A stretch of DNA of 64,000 nt. It comes from Naegleria gruberi. Its lineage: Eukaryota. Where the stretch lies: the NCBI GenBank assembly GCA_000004985.1, contig GG738932.1. One strand, written 5' to 3'. This document shows, one piece after another, positions 23,367-35,971 of this stretch. The position numbers and the translations under genes were made by a program. Each line of letters opens with the position of its first letter. Within the stretch, counting starts at the first letter, position 1. The notes under the pieces are model-generated. The model worked only from the letters and a program-made list of their open reading frames with translations, searched no databases and was not told the DNA's origin.

Positions 23367-24716
23367 CTTCTTCTATGCAATTATAATTTTCTTTTTTTGT
23401 TGTTGAAACTCTTTCATTCTTGTTGTGTTTGTTGTTCAACAAAAGTTGGTGATGCTTCGGATTCTCCAATCAAGTTTAACCTCCTGACTTGGTACTGATT
23501 CAATTTATATAAATTGTCTTCAAAATTGAAGAAGCCGTATTTCGCTGTAGATATTCTTTTAAAACTCCAAAACTACCTCCTCGTGAGCACTAACTCTTTC
23601 AAAGTCAAGATGAACAATCATAAATGATGAATTGTTGTTATCAAGAATTAAGATTGGAATTCATTCTTCTTGTTTTTATTAAGCATACATCTCCCTCTTA
23701 ACATTAATTCCCTCTCATTTGTTTTTTTATTGTGTGTGAAAAGATTGAAGAGTTCACTACTGAGAAAATCATTGCAAATGTGTTGAATTCATGCTCGTGT
23801 TAAATAAACATGTGAGTGTGGATTGATGAAGAATGGACTGGGAGCCATACACGTTGACTCATTTATCACCTCCTCCAGCTCTTTCCATTTCAGTTAGCTG
23901 TATTGTGAAATGTGGTAATAATTTTCATTGTAATCGTTGTTTCTGCTTGGAAAGGTATCTACCTGGGAGAGAGTTTGAGAACAAAGAATAAACAACTCTC
24001 TTGGTCCCTAAGGCATGCCAATTAAGCAATATTTAAATATTACCTGATATTGGAATTATTTCAAAAAGGATGGTATTCTCCAATTATGACCATCGAGACC
24101 ATGGTTCATTGGTTCATTGTTTTATACACTCATCCAAATTTGAATATGATGATTAGCAGCATCTTAACGTTGTTAAGGTCTATACTTCACATGTGAAATA
24201 GGCAATCCTACTCATGAAATGAACTTACAGAGACGGAGAATAAAAATGCCACAAAGATTGTTTCACAACAAGTGGTCGTGTGTGGCATTGTCCCCAGTTC
24301 ATTTGAGATGGTTGACTTTGAATGGAGAGGTTAAAATTCCTTAATCGAATCTTCCTTATTTCCATTGATTGCCTTAATATAATTCCTCTTCACCATATTC
24401 ACTAATCACATCCGGTATACTGAAGTCAAATGGTCCTTTACCTGTGGTAGTCAGCTGTATATTAGATAACCAATAAAGTTTTGTCGTTTTGTAAATAATC
24501 ATCGTCACCCTTGGACGCATTATTCTCCATTGAGGATTGTGGGATTGTGTGGTATTGGGAAGGTCATCATACTCTTAGAAGAATCAATTAAGTGTAAATT
24601 GAGAAAAAAAACCACCCGACTGGCTTAGACTAATATTTTTCACACAAACTACCAGCAATTATCCCTAATACCACCAAAGAACTTAGACATTTTATTAATC
24701 CGCCTCTGTTTTTAAC

Positions 24717-25394
24717 ATGAACACCACTATCACTTCTTCCACTGGTTCTTCCTCCAAATCCAAAACCAGAGGACGCATTCAAAAGAAGGCACCAAGAAGA
24801 CAGAAAACCTTCTCTCTCTTCTCCAATCACAATATCCAATCCACAAGTTTCAAAGTACTGCAGAGCACAGAGAATTCCATGATGGGAGTATTCAAAAAGA
24901 CGAGAAGTATGTGCAGTTTGGCTTCATACGAATCTGTTTGGAATATGAACAATACCATGATACAGAACTCTATGCCACAACAGCCATGTGTACATTCAAA
25001 TTGTCCTCCAATAATAGTCACTCTTACTTCCTCTCCATCCAATAATCATACGCAACAACAATCACCTACTAATACCACTCCTTGTACTGCCAGTAGAAAG
25101 AAGAGAGTCATGTCTTCATCTTCCTTGTCGAGTATGTGTGATTCCTCATCTTCAGAAAACACAATAATTGCAGCTCCAATTAATATCATACCCTCAATGC
25201 AAGGATGCCATCCAATATTGCCTCATTCACAATCCTCTCCACAACAAGTCAACATTAGCTCCTTGAATATAACTCCAATCATGCAACCATCCATTGTTGA
25301 AATGACAACAGAATCTCTCTCGCCTTCATCACCAGGGCAATATTTCAAAAAAGGAAGAATCCAAATGCCAACATTAAGGGAGCTCTTGAATTGA
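24717..25394 (+). CDS. SMFGV/SISIRELLN-family protein, member E (divergent)
   Basis: FKVLQSTENSMMGVFKKTRSMCSLASYESVWNMN and C-terminal MPTLRELLN. Confidence 0.5.
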   Translation: MNTTITSSTGSSSKSKTRGRIQKKAPRRQKTFSLFSNHNIQSTSFKVLQSTENSMMGVFKKTRSMCSLASYESVWNMNNTMIQNSMPQQPCVHSNCPPIIVTLTSSPSNNHTQQQSPTNTTPCTASRKKRVMSSSSLSSMCDSSSSENTIIAAPINIIPSMQGCHPILPHSQSSPQQVNISSLNITPIMQPSIVEMTTESLSPSSPGQYFKKGRIQMPTLRELLN

Positions 25395-25684
25395 ACAAAT
25401 TCACTAAACTTGAATAATTATGCGAGATGTAATGTTGCGAAATTGGACTGCCAGATTAAAACCTTAGATTCGAAAATCGACGACGATTCTATTTAAATAA
25501 ATAATTTGGTATTGTATTTCTATAATTTGTATAATTTGAAGCACGTGGAATTTTGTACAGTTTTTTTAGCGTGGACTAATTGAAGTTAAGAGCATTGAAT
25601 CAAAAAGCAACTGACTCTTTTGATCAAAAATTAGAATCCCATTGAATCAATAAATCCTGATCAGCATGCAATCTTGATGCGTAA

Positions 25685-26976
25685 TTATTTTCTGGTGTTT
25701 GGTGTGAAATCTTTTGGAATCATAAACTTCAAGTACAAACTCTTAGTGAGCTCATAATAGAAGAAGTGACCCAAGAGGTCTCTGTCTAACTTTTTGCTAA
25801 GCAAAATCTTGGCATACTTGGTGAAAATCTTCTTATCCTTATTATCAGTTTGGAGAACCTTTGGAGTTTCAAATTCCTTTTGTGCTTCACCTAGAGATGA
25901 AATTGGTACTTCTTCAAGTTCTTCTTCATCAACTTCTTCATTGGACCAATCGTTGAGGTTATCAAGGTAGGTAACTTCTTCAACTGGGAACCCAATTTGC
26001 TTTTCAATGACAGCTTTCAATTCAGTTTCAGTAGGGATGTTTTCCTTAGGGACAGCCTTCTTGAATTGATTTCTAAAACTGACCATAACAGTTCTATCTC
26101 TTTGATAGTTAGTTTGGGAGTACAAATCATTCAAAAGACGATTACGTTCATCAGTAGTTACTGATTTACCATCCTTTTGACAAATTGTGAACTTTTCCCA
26201 TGAGGCTCTATAATTAAATTAATTGTAAATGAAATTATTCAAAATATTGAATAATAAAGGATGGAAATAATTAGGATTAAAATTGTAAAAAAAACTTACA
26301 AGTTAGTGGACTTGTTTCTTTGGACAACGTTAGAAGTCTTTCTGGCAGACAAGTAGAATTGATCCAATTGATTACAAACAATACGTTTCAAACCAATATC
26401 TTCACCAATTCTAACAGGGAAATTAGATAATTCTTCCAATGGAAGAGTCTTGATAGCAGAAACAGTAATTGGTTCAGGATTTTGATGATCAGAATCATTG
26501 ACAAATCCGAGTTGAGGGAAGTTACCATTCATAATCAAATACTTTCCACAACTTTCCATCTTTTGATCTTGATCTCTCACAAAGTAAATATGAACAATGT
26601 GTCCATAACAAACTGGTGTATCCTTCTTGATCTTTGATGTACAAGTTTGCATTACAAATCTACCATAATGAGATGGTGATGAATGTTCAGATAATGTTTG
26701 AAGGAAATCTTGAACTGATGATGCAGCCAATTGATTACTAGTATTAGCAGCAACCACTGATGGTGTATGTCCTTCACCAGAAATTTGAGCAAAAGCATTC
26801 AAGAATGTTTTGGACGAATATTCGTGAGTATTCATTGTTAACATACGACCATGAATTGACTTTAAAGTAAATACTTGTCCATACTTCAAAACGAGTGGAT
26901 CATTACTCGATGGTGAATTAGTATCCAACAAACGCATTTTGTTATTTTCTATATTATATGATGATTGCTCACTCAA
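25685..26976 (-). CDS. hypothetical protein with acidic C-terminal tail, 2 exons
   Basis: Exons are 26976..26300 and 26207..25685. The intron is 26208..26299 (GTAAGT...TTATAG). Junction is ...STNL/ASWEKFTICQKDG. C-terminal acidic stretch SNEEVDEEELEEV. No family call. Confidence 0.5.
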
Positions 26977-27398
26977 AGTGTTGTATTAATAAATAAATAT
27001 TCAATATAGGAGTTTAAAAACAATCCAACAAGAGTTTGATAAAGATGATGATGATCAAAAAAGCCTTTTTCTCCAACAAATGAAAAACAAATTTCTTGTT
27101 AGTGAATTTTGGGATTTTTTTAAGAACCTGCTTTTGATTGCTTGGTTCATCAGCAAGCGAAATAATTGATATGAAAAATTAATTTATTTTTGATCGGAAC
27201 GATTGGAAATGTAAGCTTCATCAATTCAAAACAAGATTTGAACTTGTTTAAGGCAAGTTAATATTATTGAAATTTGATAATATAACTGTGGATCTTGCTG
27301 AACTTAATATTGTGTAGGAGAGATGAGTATTGAATGAGATTGAGGAGAGCTGAATTTTGGAAATAATTTATAATTAAAAGACGATAAGGCAAAAGGGA

Positions 27399-27470
27399 TA
27401 GCAAATCTAGGTTTCGATCCTAGGACCTATGGGTTATGAGCCCATCGCGCTTCCACTGCGCCAATTTGCT
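27399..27470 (-). tRNA. initiator tRNA-Met (CAU)
   Basis: Minus-strand read is AGCAAAT-TG-GCGC-AGTGGAA-GCGC-G-ATGGG-CTCATAA-CCCAT-AGGTC-CTAGG-ATCGAAA-CCTAG-ATTTGCT-A. A1:U72, A54 and A60 (ATCGAAA T-loop) are eukaryotic initiator hallmarks. Confidence 0.8.
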
Positions 27471-27666
27471 TTGTGGTATAATACATAAAATTTAAATTAT
27501 ATTTAATTTTCAATTTTAAAATGTAATTTTCTATTTTTGGAATTAAATGAATATTTTCGAAATGGCTATTACCAATACTCCAAAATATTGTTACTCAAAT
27601 ATTACTTCTCAAAAAACACTTGTTATTAAAATCTAATTCTTATTGGAAATTTAGGAAAAATTTGAA

Positions 27667-29244
27667 CTAGTTCTTTCGTTTCTTCAACGCTGGTTCCAGA
27701 GTTGTATCCTTACTCTTGTATTCATTGATTTGTTTCGTGTAGGAATCTGAAAGAATCTTCTTCTCTACTAGATATTGAATAAACTCAATTTGATCCTCTG
27801 AGTAATTACTGAGAGTCCAGGAATTCATATTCACAAAGTTGTTTCTAACTGATTGAGCAAAGTTAGCACTATTCTTTTCAAAATATTTCTTCAAGCTATC
27901 AGTGAGAACGTTCATTCTTTTAGAAATTTCTAAAATTGCAAAAATGACTCCAATTCTTGAGAATTCGTAATATTTGTCATCAGGTTCTTCAAAATATTCC
28001 ATGTCAACATTCAATCCTTTAAATCTCAAAAATTTGATAAGCTCATCATCTTCATAGTAGTGGAGTATAATAACTACCAAATATTGAATATGATCTGATT
28101 TCGAACAATTCCAAAAATTAAATCCCATATAGAAAATGTCCATAATTTCAGCTGTTGTTTTCTTGTTCTCCAATTTACCATTGGTGAGATCGAATCCCAA
28201 AATTGGAGTAAGTGAAAATGAGCTGTCCACCATTCTAAATAATTTTAAATCTTTTGCCGAATCTCTCCAATGAATCCTTCTCAAGATTGTACTGGCGAAT
28301 ATACTGGTTTTTTCTGCTTGAAAGCAAATTAAAATTACATGTTCTGGAATCAATGATAAAGTTTCATTAATTTTTTCAGGTGGCGGATAATGGAAATAGG
28401 CAGTTTGCTCTCCATCATTAATTGAAGTACCACTAGATAACAATTCAGGTGTCAAATTAATATATTTTTCAATAAATTGTTTTTCCTCTTCTGTCTTGTA
28501 TCTTTCCAAATTGACTGAAACAAATGTCTCAAAATTCTCAACTACTAAAAATCTCATACTATCATAAAATTTACACTTCTTTGCATTGAGTGGTTGAGAA
28601 AGAAAGGCAACAGGTAAATAGCAACTAGATGGAAAATATTTCAATTTACATCTCTTGAATACTAATGTATCAATAGCTTTGAATTTCTTTGTAATCCACT
28701 CCATGACCCCTTCCTCAAATTCACATGAAAGGAAGGATAATTTCTCAATAACTTCAAAAACACTTCGATGCTTGAATGACAATTCCTCATCGTCATCATT
28801 TTCCACCTTCTTCTTTTTCGTTGGTTTCTTCACATCACAAAACATGGCCGAAATAAAGTCAACTGACAATTTCACATCAGAGAAATAAATACTACTCGCA
28901 TTCACAAACAATCCACACAGCAAATTCCTCAATTGTTTTGTAATCAATGCTTTTGAAGCTCTTTCCATCGCCATGCCAGTCCAATATCTTTCCAAATTTT
29001 CTTCTCTATCTTTTCCAGCACTTTCAATCATGACTTGTAAATTCCTGGTAACGTGCAAACTCTTCTGCAATGCACAATATTGTTTCACTCCTCGGAAAAA
29101 CATTTGATTGACTAATTGTAATGGAATATATTCTTCCAAGTGTAAAAAACTACAAAATACTTGAATACAATCACCTAATATTATTCCATCAAAGATTGCA
29201 AAATTTCCAAAACATAAAAATTGCCTACCTGGTAATTGATTCAT
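27667..29244 (-). CDS. hypothetical protein (525 aa), C-terminal KKRKN basic tail
   Basis: Long uninterrupted ORF with coding-like composition. No recognised domain. Confidence 0.5.
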   Translation of the reverse strand: MNQLPGRQFLCFGNFAIFDGIILGDCIQVFCSFLHLEEYIPLQLVNQMFFRGVKQYCALQKSLHVTRNLQVMIESAGKDREENLERYWTGMAMERASKALITKQLRNLLCGLFVNASSIYFSDVKLSVDFISAMFCDVKKPTKKKKVENDDDEELSFKHRSVFEVIEKLSFLSCEFEEGVMEWITKKFKAIDTLVFKRCKLKYFPSSCYLPVAFLSQPLNAKKCKFYDSMRFLVVENFETFVSVNLERYKTEEEKQFIEKYINLTPELLSSGTSINDGEQTAYFHYPPPEKINETLSLIPEHVILICFQAEKTSIFASTILRRIHWRDSAKDLKLFRMVDSSFSLTPILGFDLTNGKLENKKTTAEIMDIFYMGFNFWNCSKSDHIQYLVVIILHYYEDDELIKFLRFKGLNVDMEYFEEPDDKYYEFSRIGVIFAILEISKRMNVLTDSLKKYFEKNSANFAQSVRNNFVNMNSWTLSNYSEDQIEFIQYLVEKKILSDSYTKQINEYKSKDTTLEPALKKRKN

Positions 29245-29296
29245 TTTTTTTAAATTAAAAATTCAAAAATTTATTTCTTTTCGCTATTTACACTAT

Positions 29297-31528
29297 TTAC
29301 AAAATTGAAATATCCTCAAAGGAGCTTTCAGTCTTAACTTCATTTTGAGGGGAGATGACTACTGCAGATTCGTTTCTGATCAAGTCAATTTCACTCTTTC
29401 CAAACATCATTTGCTTTTCAGCTAATTTTCTATAGACACCATCTTCCTTCTTGATTAATTCGTGGTGAGTTCCTGATTCTTTCAATTCTCCCTTAACGAG
29501 TACATAAATGGTATCACAGTTTTGAATAGTACTCAATCTGTGAGCAATACAGATGGAGGTTCTTCCCTTCATGAGATTGTCAAGAGCTGCTTGAACGAGA
29601 CCTTCACTTTCAGTGTCGAGGGCTGAGGTGGCTTCGTCCAAAAGGAGGACTTGTGGATCTTGGAGAATGGCTCTTGCAATGGCAACACGTTGTTTTTGAC
29701 CACCTGATAAGGAAACACCCTTTTCACCCAGTTTAGTTTCATAACCATCTGGTAACTCCATAATAAAGGTATGACAATTGGCAGCTTTGGCAGCGTGTTC
29801 AATTTGTTCTTGAGAGACATTTTCAGCACCAACAGCATAGGCAATATTTTCTCTAATTGAAGTGGCAAACAATACAGGTTCTATAATTTTCAAATTAATT
29901 ATTAGAAATGAAACATTTTTAAACATACCTTGAGTGACAATACCAATATTTCTATGGAGCCATTGAGGATCAATTTCCTTAATATTATATCCATCAATTA
30001 TAATTTCACCTTCTTGTGGATCATAGAAACGTTCCAATAGACCAACAATGGTTGACTTTCCTGATCCTGATGGACCAACCAAAGCAACAGAAGTTCCTGG
30101 CTTGATATCAATTGAGAAATCAGACAAGACAACTGCATTTGGACGGGATGGGTAAATAAACTTGACATTCTTAACTTGAATGGAACCTTTCAACTTTTCT
30201 TCTGGAGCTTTTCCTCCTGCAAATGGAATTGCTGGACTTCTCTTTAAAACTTTGAGAATGGTTCTTTGAGACATTTGAGCTTTGGAAAATTCTGGAATTT
30301 GAGTACCAGCTTGAGAAAGACCAATAACACCAAATAGCATCATACCGAAAACTTTCATCATTTGACCAACTGTTATGGTATTTTCTGCAACCAAGCCACC
30401 TCCATACTATATTATCATTCCACAATAATTATTCCATTACATGACGATTGTAAAATATTTAAAACGATATGATGAATTAATACTACTTACCCAGAAGGCT
30501 AAGGCAATAGTTCCCCAGAGAATGAATGATACTGAGGCAAAAGTAGTTCCTTGCAAGATGGCTTTGAACAAGCCATAAGTACTAATATTCTTTAAATCTT
30601 TGGCAAATCTATCTTGTTCCTTTTGTTCACAACCCATTGATTTAACAGTTCTAAAACTTGAAACAACTTCAGTTGCAATCGATGCAGAATGTTCCGTAGC
30701 TCCATTTGTCTTTTTAGTTAAATATTCAACAACCTTAGACAAGACACCAACACCAAACACCAACAATGGAGAGGTTGAAATCATGCCAAGGGACATTTGC
30801 CAAGATGAAACAAAGGCAAGGACAATACCAATAATGAATTGGGCAGTGTTTTGTAAAAGGAGAGCCAATTTGTTAGAGTAGACTTCTTGAATTTTGGACA
30901 CGTCTTCACTCAATGCAACTGTCAATGCACCAGTCTTCTTAATATCAAAGAAACCCATCTCTTGAGTTGTCAATGCATTGAAATAGGCCTTTCTCAAAGC
31001 AACACCAATTCTTTCACTTGCCAAATTTAAAAAGAATTGAGAGAGCAAACTGGCCACAGCAGATCCTGCAGCAATAATTGCAAACTTGATAGCAATATCT
31101 GAAACACTTGCTTTCATAGAGTCAACAGTTGGAACGACACCATTCTTTGGCTGGAAAACATCCACCAAATCACCCATGACAAATTGAAAACACAATGGAA
31201 TGACACCATTACCCAAACTACCAATTGCTCCAATCACTACCAGCAACCAATTCCATCCAAAAATCTTGAAAATGATCATGTTATCCTTTCCAGTAATATT
31301 CGGCTCTTGTTCATCTTTGATTTCATCAACATTTGATTTCTCATCAGCCTTCTTCTTTTTGAATCGTTTGAAGGGATTTCTACTTGGTCGGGTTGCTGTT
31401 TCTTGAGGAGATTTTGTGTTCTGTTCATCAACAACTAGATGTGTTGTAGAGGTGGAATTTACTTGCTCCTTATCGAGAGAAGTAGCAGCATTAGAAGCTC
31501 CTCCCTTAGTATCTTCCTTTTTAGTCAT
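29297..31528 (-). CDS. ABC transporter, ABCB-type half transporter (TMD-NBD), 3 exons
   Basis: Exons are 31528..30491, 30384..29919 and 29870..29297. Intron 1 is 30385..30490 (GTAAGT...TTGCAG). Intron 2 is 29871..29918 (GTATGT...TTATAG) and lies in frame inside an ORF. Six-TM region. Walker A GPSGSGKST, Q-loop IGIVTQ/EPVLFATSIRENI split by intron 2, ABC signature LSGGQKQRVAIARAIL, Walker B LLLDEATSALD and H-loop IAHRLSTI. Confidence 0.8.
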
Positions 31529-32036
31529 CTATTCTTTCGTGGTCAAACAACTATAATAATACAATAAATATCTATTTGCTCTCAAGGTGGCTGTTCTTCG
31601 TTCTTGTTATCAAAGTAAGTTGAAATATTGTGCACACGAGTCGTGTTGGTTTTTTTTCTGAGTTGAAATGTTTCAAATTTGCATTGTTTTTTAATTAAAA
31701 GCTTCACAATTTTGAAAATGGCGGAATGGCGTGGTGGGACCAACTTTGGTAATATGGCGATCCATCACTCCGTTTGGATGTTAGCATCCCGTTGATATTT
31801 CAAAGTTGGGTTATGGATAATGTGTTGATTTTGATATGACAATCATTTTCAGATATTCATTGACTTCAAGTTTGACGTTCAAGTGTCATCCAAAATTTCA
31901 ATGAACTCAATAATTTTCATTTTACAACGTCTTTGTAGAAGAGGAACAATTTATTATTCTCGAATTGTTCAAATCATGAAAACAAAAATGAAATAATTTT
32001 ACATTTTTAAAGATTTTCAATTTCCAAAATTAGTAA

Positions 32037-32447
32037 TTATTTTTTCAAATACTTTTCCACAACTCTCGTTACACTCAATCCAACACAAGCAAGCAAACAA
32101 GAATTAGTACAAATCTGGCACAATATAAATCCAGGCAATCTCTTCTCTGGATATCCATAACCATACCAAACTCTTCCAATTGCATACAGTAATCCAACTC
32201 CTCCTCCCAAATAATCATTCTCCAACATTCCAGTGCACAACCACAAAGCTCCCAAAAAACTTGCAATATTCTCCACTCCATTCAATTGAACTCGGAGTGC
32301 ATTCAAAAATCCTGGAGGACCTTCTGTGAGTGGTGGTTTAACATGAAATTCTTTTCTTGCCCTTCCGACCATGAAAGTTGCTTTCGATTGTGCCAAGATG
32401 ACGAGAGATGAAGAGAGAGCAGTGAGTGGGTAATCACGTAGAGACAT
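32037..32447 (-). CDS. MAPEG-family microsomal glutathione S-transferase (MGST3-like)
   Basis: Start MSLRDYPL is an internal Met of ORF 32037..32519. Motifs RARKEFHVKPP, RVQLNGVENIASFL and GRVWYGYGY match MGST3 RAHQNTLEVYPPFL and GRVLYAYGY. Three or four TM helices. Confidence 0.7.
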   Translation of the reverse strand: MSLRDYPLTALSSSLVILAQSKATFMVGRARKEFHVKPPLTEGPPGFLNALRVQLNGVENIASFLGALWLCTGMLENDYLGGGVGLLYAIGRVWYGYGYPEKRLPGFILCQICTNSCLLACVGLSVTRVVEKYLKK

Positions 32448-32538
32448 TTTTTTTGGTTTTGTACACCTTTGTTGGACCAAAGATACTATCGTAGTATCAA
32501 TTAATTGAGTATTTCGCATGAGAGGTATTTGTATTCAA

Positions 32539-33147
32539 TCAATTGAGAATTTCCTTGATTGAAATGCTAAATCTTGATGGAGGTTTTGAGTAAGAGGAAG
32601 ATGTTGTTGTTGTGGAATGGTTAAAGTTGTGACAATTGGCATGTTCTTCAATGGCTGGTGGTGAGGGTATTGTTGTGAGTGTTGATGACTTGCCATTCGT
32701 AGATGTGGTACTATCCTGTACTACAGATTCTGTCTTTTTTGATTTTCTTGTTGGAGTTTGTTTCGAAACCTTTCGTCTATGAGTTGAAGACCCTTCCATG
32801 TCCATGCCTTTCATTAGTAAAACTCCTTCCATTGGAGTGGTATTTATCTTTTCAGAGTATTGAAAAACAGCAAACATTGAATTGTTGCATGTAGTTTCTA
32901 ATACTTTCAAATTGGCATTTCCAATAAATTGGAATGAAGTCTTGTCTTGTTTTCTCTTTCCAATTCTTGTTGGCAGCATGGCAACGTTTGATGATGGAGG
33001 AGACCCTTGGTGACATGCTCTTTTAATCATGTTTTCTTGTGATCTTTCTCCAAATCTTGTTGTTGGCATTTGTTTTTGTTTATTGATTCGAATATCAATA
33101 AAACAGCATCCTTCAAAATCACACACAACATGTGAACAAGATAGCAT
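32539..33147 (-). CDS. SMFGV/SISIRELLN-family protein, member F
   Basis: NLKVLETTCNNSMFAVFQYSEK...MEGVLLM and C-terminal RFSISIKEILN. Confidence 0.5.
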   Translation of the reverse strand: MLSCSHVVCDFEGCCFIDIRINKQKQMPTTRFGERSQENMIKRACHQGSPPSSNVAMLPTRIGKRKQDKTSFQFIGNANLKVLETTCNNSMFAVFQYSEKINTTPMEGVLLMKGMDMEGSSTHRRKVSKQTPTRKSKKTESVVQDSTTSTNGKSSTLTTIPSPPAIEEHANCHNFNHSTTTTSSSYSKPPSRFSISIKEILN

Positions 33148-33334
33148 TTGGAGAGGAAGCGTTAAAACTTTATGTCCTGTGTGTATTTTCGGTATTCCAC
33201 ATTACAATCCATGCATGCATGCGAGCACAATCTTGGAATAAATTGGTGCGAATTGTTCAAATATGTGAGAATTGAGCGACCTACCTCTGTTGGAAACTCA
33301 ACCCAAACTGAGATTTAGATAACAAGCAGAAACT

Positions 33335-34816
33335 TCATTTGAACAATTCCTTTATTGAAGGAATGATTGTTCTTGGTAATGAATGAGATGCAAGAGAATT
33401 ATTTTTCTTATCTAAATTCTGAACTGGTGTTGGTGTTGGAATTATGGGATGTTTAGATTGAGTCATCAATTCAGAAGATTCAATTGAATTACTATTATTA
33501 TTGGGATATGATACAAGATCTGTTGTTTGGTTGTTATTGACAGTTCCAGTTGTTGAGTCTTGTTTTGCAATTTGCTTTTCAGAAAAAAGCAGATCCGTGG
33601 CTGATGTGAAACTGACCGATCTTGAAATCGTACCATAATTCAGGTTTGCTAAATCTCGTTTTGGTTGACTACCAAAAGAAGGTCCAATAATGGGTTGTAA
33701 AGTTGTGTGACTTGGATCTGCAATTACATGATTCGAAGATGAGAAGTATTGCTGTTGTATACTCTCCTTTGGATTAGTTGTTGATTGGTTTACATTGTGT
33801 GAATTGTGTGAAAGAATGTTGTTAAATCCAATATTGGAAGCAACGGGATAGTTGTTCGACACTATTGGATTTGGAAATGTGCCTTGTTGGGAAATATTAG
33901 CACCAGTGCTAGAGGAATTGGAAGATGGATTATGAATGGGTGATGGAGTGGTGAGAGTTTGCGTTTCAGTTTGTGAATTGCTGCTTGATGCTTGTGGAGT
34001 TTTAAATTGATCACCACCATTATTCGTACTATTCGATGATGATGCTGAACCAGGATTGAAATTGAGCACTGTTTCGTAAGCTTGTTGAGTAGGTTTCTTC
34101 TTGAAAACTCCAAACATTGCATTATTATCAGTCATTGAGAGTAGATCAAAACTCGAAACCTGAACTTGTTTTCCACTCTTTCGTTTTTTAGAATTTTTCT
34201 CCACATGTATTTCCTCATTATCCTGATATTGATCCACAGAAGAAGATGATTGATTATTTGTAATTTTGAAATGATTGCATCCCTCGAAAACTTCCTTCTT
34301 CTTTCTCTTTCTCTTTTCCTTATTAATAACTGCTGTATGAAAAGTTAACGTATTTCCATTATCAACCATTGGAAGAATAGCATGTTGTTGTTGCTGCTGC
34401 TGCTGTTGAAAATGATTGTCAACCAGCACTGTGGTTGTTACTCTCGATTGATTTTTGCTAACCTGTTGTTCATAATTAATGAAATGATGATTCGAATAAT
34501 TTCTAACTTGTTGCTGATCATTCACCACCACAACACTCGCACTATTTATATTACTACTTCCTATTCTCATTTCATTATTCATCGCCACTATCATCCCATT
34601 ATTGTCATCATTCTGAGTCAAGTTCATTTGAGCGGCAACCTCCTTTTTCTTCTTTCTCAAATTCGCTTGTTGATTATTTTGATGCGTTCCTTGATATTGT
34701 TGTTGATGATGCTGATGATGAGAATTGGAATGACCAACATGTTGATTATTTTGATGGCCATCACGTATAGCCTTTGTTTGTTGGTGTAGTAAAGGTGGCG
34801 GGAGTTTTTCTGACAT
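33335..34816 (-). CDS. SMFGV/SISIRELLN-family protein, member G (longest, Q/N/S-rich), tandem to F
   Basis: FDLLSMTDNNAMFGVFKKKPTQQAYETVLNFN and C-terminal TIIPSIKELFK. Poly-Q and His/Gln-rich N-terminus. Confidence 0.5.
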   Translation of the reverse strand: MSEKLPPPLLHQQTKAIRDGHQNNQHVGHSNSHHQHHQQQYQGTHQNNQQANLRKKKKEVAAQMNLTQNDDNNGMIVAMNNEMRIGSSNINSASVVVVNDQQQVRNYSNHHFINYEQQVSKNQSRVTTTVLVDNHFQQQQQQQQHAILPMVDNGNTLTFHTAVINKEKRKRKKKEVFEGCNHFKITNNQSSSSVDQYQDNEEIHVEKNSKKRKSGKQVQVSSFDLLSMTDNNAMFGVFKKKPTQQAYETVLNFNPGSASSSNSTNNGGDQFKTPQASSSNSQTETQTLTTPSPIHNPSSNSSSTGANISQQGTFPNPIVSNNYPVASNIGFNNILSHNSHNVNQSTTNPKESIQQQYFSSSNHVIADPSHTTLQPIIGPSFGSQPKRDLANLNYGTISRSVSFTSATDLLFSEKQIAKQDSTTGTVNNNQTTDLVSYPNNNSNSIESSELMTQSKHPIIPTPTPVQNLDKKNNSLASHSLPRTIIPSIKELFK

Positions 34817-34884
34817 TTTTTTTGAGAGGCGATTTTTGGAAAGTTTGAAACCCTAAATTATGTTGATGCGGGATTGCTTACGAA

Positions 34885-34992
34885 TATTATTTTTTTAATG
34901 GAAAGAGATGGGATTGTTGATAGTGTTGGATTGGCTCTTTCAATGTGACAAGTGGCGTGAATTGACAGAGTTTCGAATAGATAAACTTTTGA
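34885..34992. repeat. dispersed about 100 bp repeat R1, copy a (upstream of family member G)
   Basis: ttttttTAATGGAAAGAG...GACAAGTGGCGTGAATTGACAGAGTTTCGAATAGATAAACTTTTGA is about 80% identical to 38630..38725. Confidence 0.5.
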
Positions 34993-35524
34993 GTAATTGG
35001 GAAGCATTTAGAGAAGTTTGAATGATTACAAGTTTGTTGACAAACTATTAATTCTCTATAATAATTCACAGTCTTACTGAGAGTGCTCTCAAGTACAATA
35101 TGATGTATTCTATTATTTGAGAAACTTTGATAATTCTCAAACAAATTCATCCTTCACTGAAATGTTTCACCACATTTCGTCTATCATTTAAATATTAAGA
35201 ATGATTTGAAGAGTAGTTCAACAATCGAAAAGTGAAGATTCAAGTGGATTCTAGTTTAGTGCTGAACAACACTAAAATATATTAAATTTCACTATTATCA
35301 AATTTATTTCCACAAATATTACTGTTATAATGATGATAAATAACAATGATGATAGTAGTTGTTCCGATGATGGTGTATTACCAACTTGAATTTTTCCAAA
35401 TCATATGTGAAGAATTAAATTCCAAAAATTACTATTATTTAAAATGATGTGGTGAAATTCTTGGGTTTATAGATGTGAAATTACTCCAAGAATCAACACA
35501 GAGCATTTTCCAATATTTTTTTCT

Positions 35525-35614
35525 AGAAATTGTTCCAATGAAAATTCGAACTTTAAAAATTCTGTTGACTGACCTTCACAATAGGAAGTTCGAATTTTCA
35601 TTGGAACAATTTCT
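35525..35614. repeat. perfect 29-bp inverted repeat (hairpin) with 32-nt spacer
   Basis: AGAAATTGTTCCAATGAAAATTCGAACTT at 35525..35553 and its exact reverse complement at 35586..35614. Confidence 0.6.
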
Positions 35615-35971
35615 AAGGTCAGTTAGCAGTATTTTTAAAATATGATGATGATGATCATCGGGTTACACTTCTTCTCGATCACGATATTATCCACTCTTCT
35701 GTCCAGATAATTACAAATCCACACAACAGAAATAAACTCTGTCTGATGTATATTCCGATTATTGAGTGGTTTCCTTTGGACATGCTTGCCGGATGGAGTG
35801 ATAAACCCTATCTTTATGCATCCCAATTGACAGCCATCATGAGATACACACTTGAAAGAGATTGTCAACCATTGAGTGAAATTTTGATCGAACATTTCAA
35901 TTATTAATCATTCCATCACGAGTTAAAGCAAATCCTTTTGATTTATTTCTTGAAATTGTTTCGAATATTAG

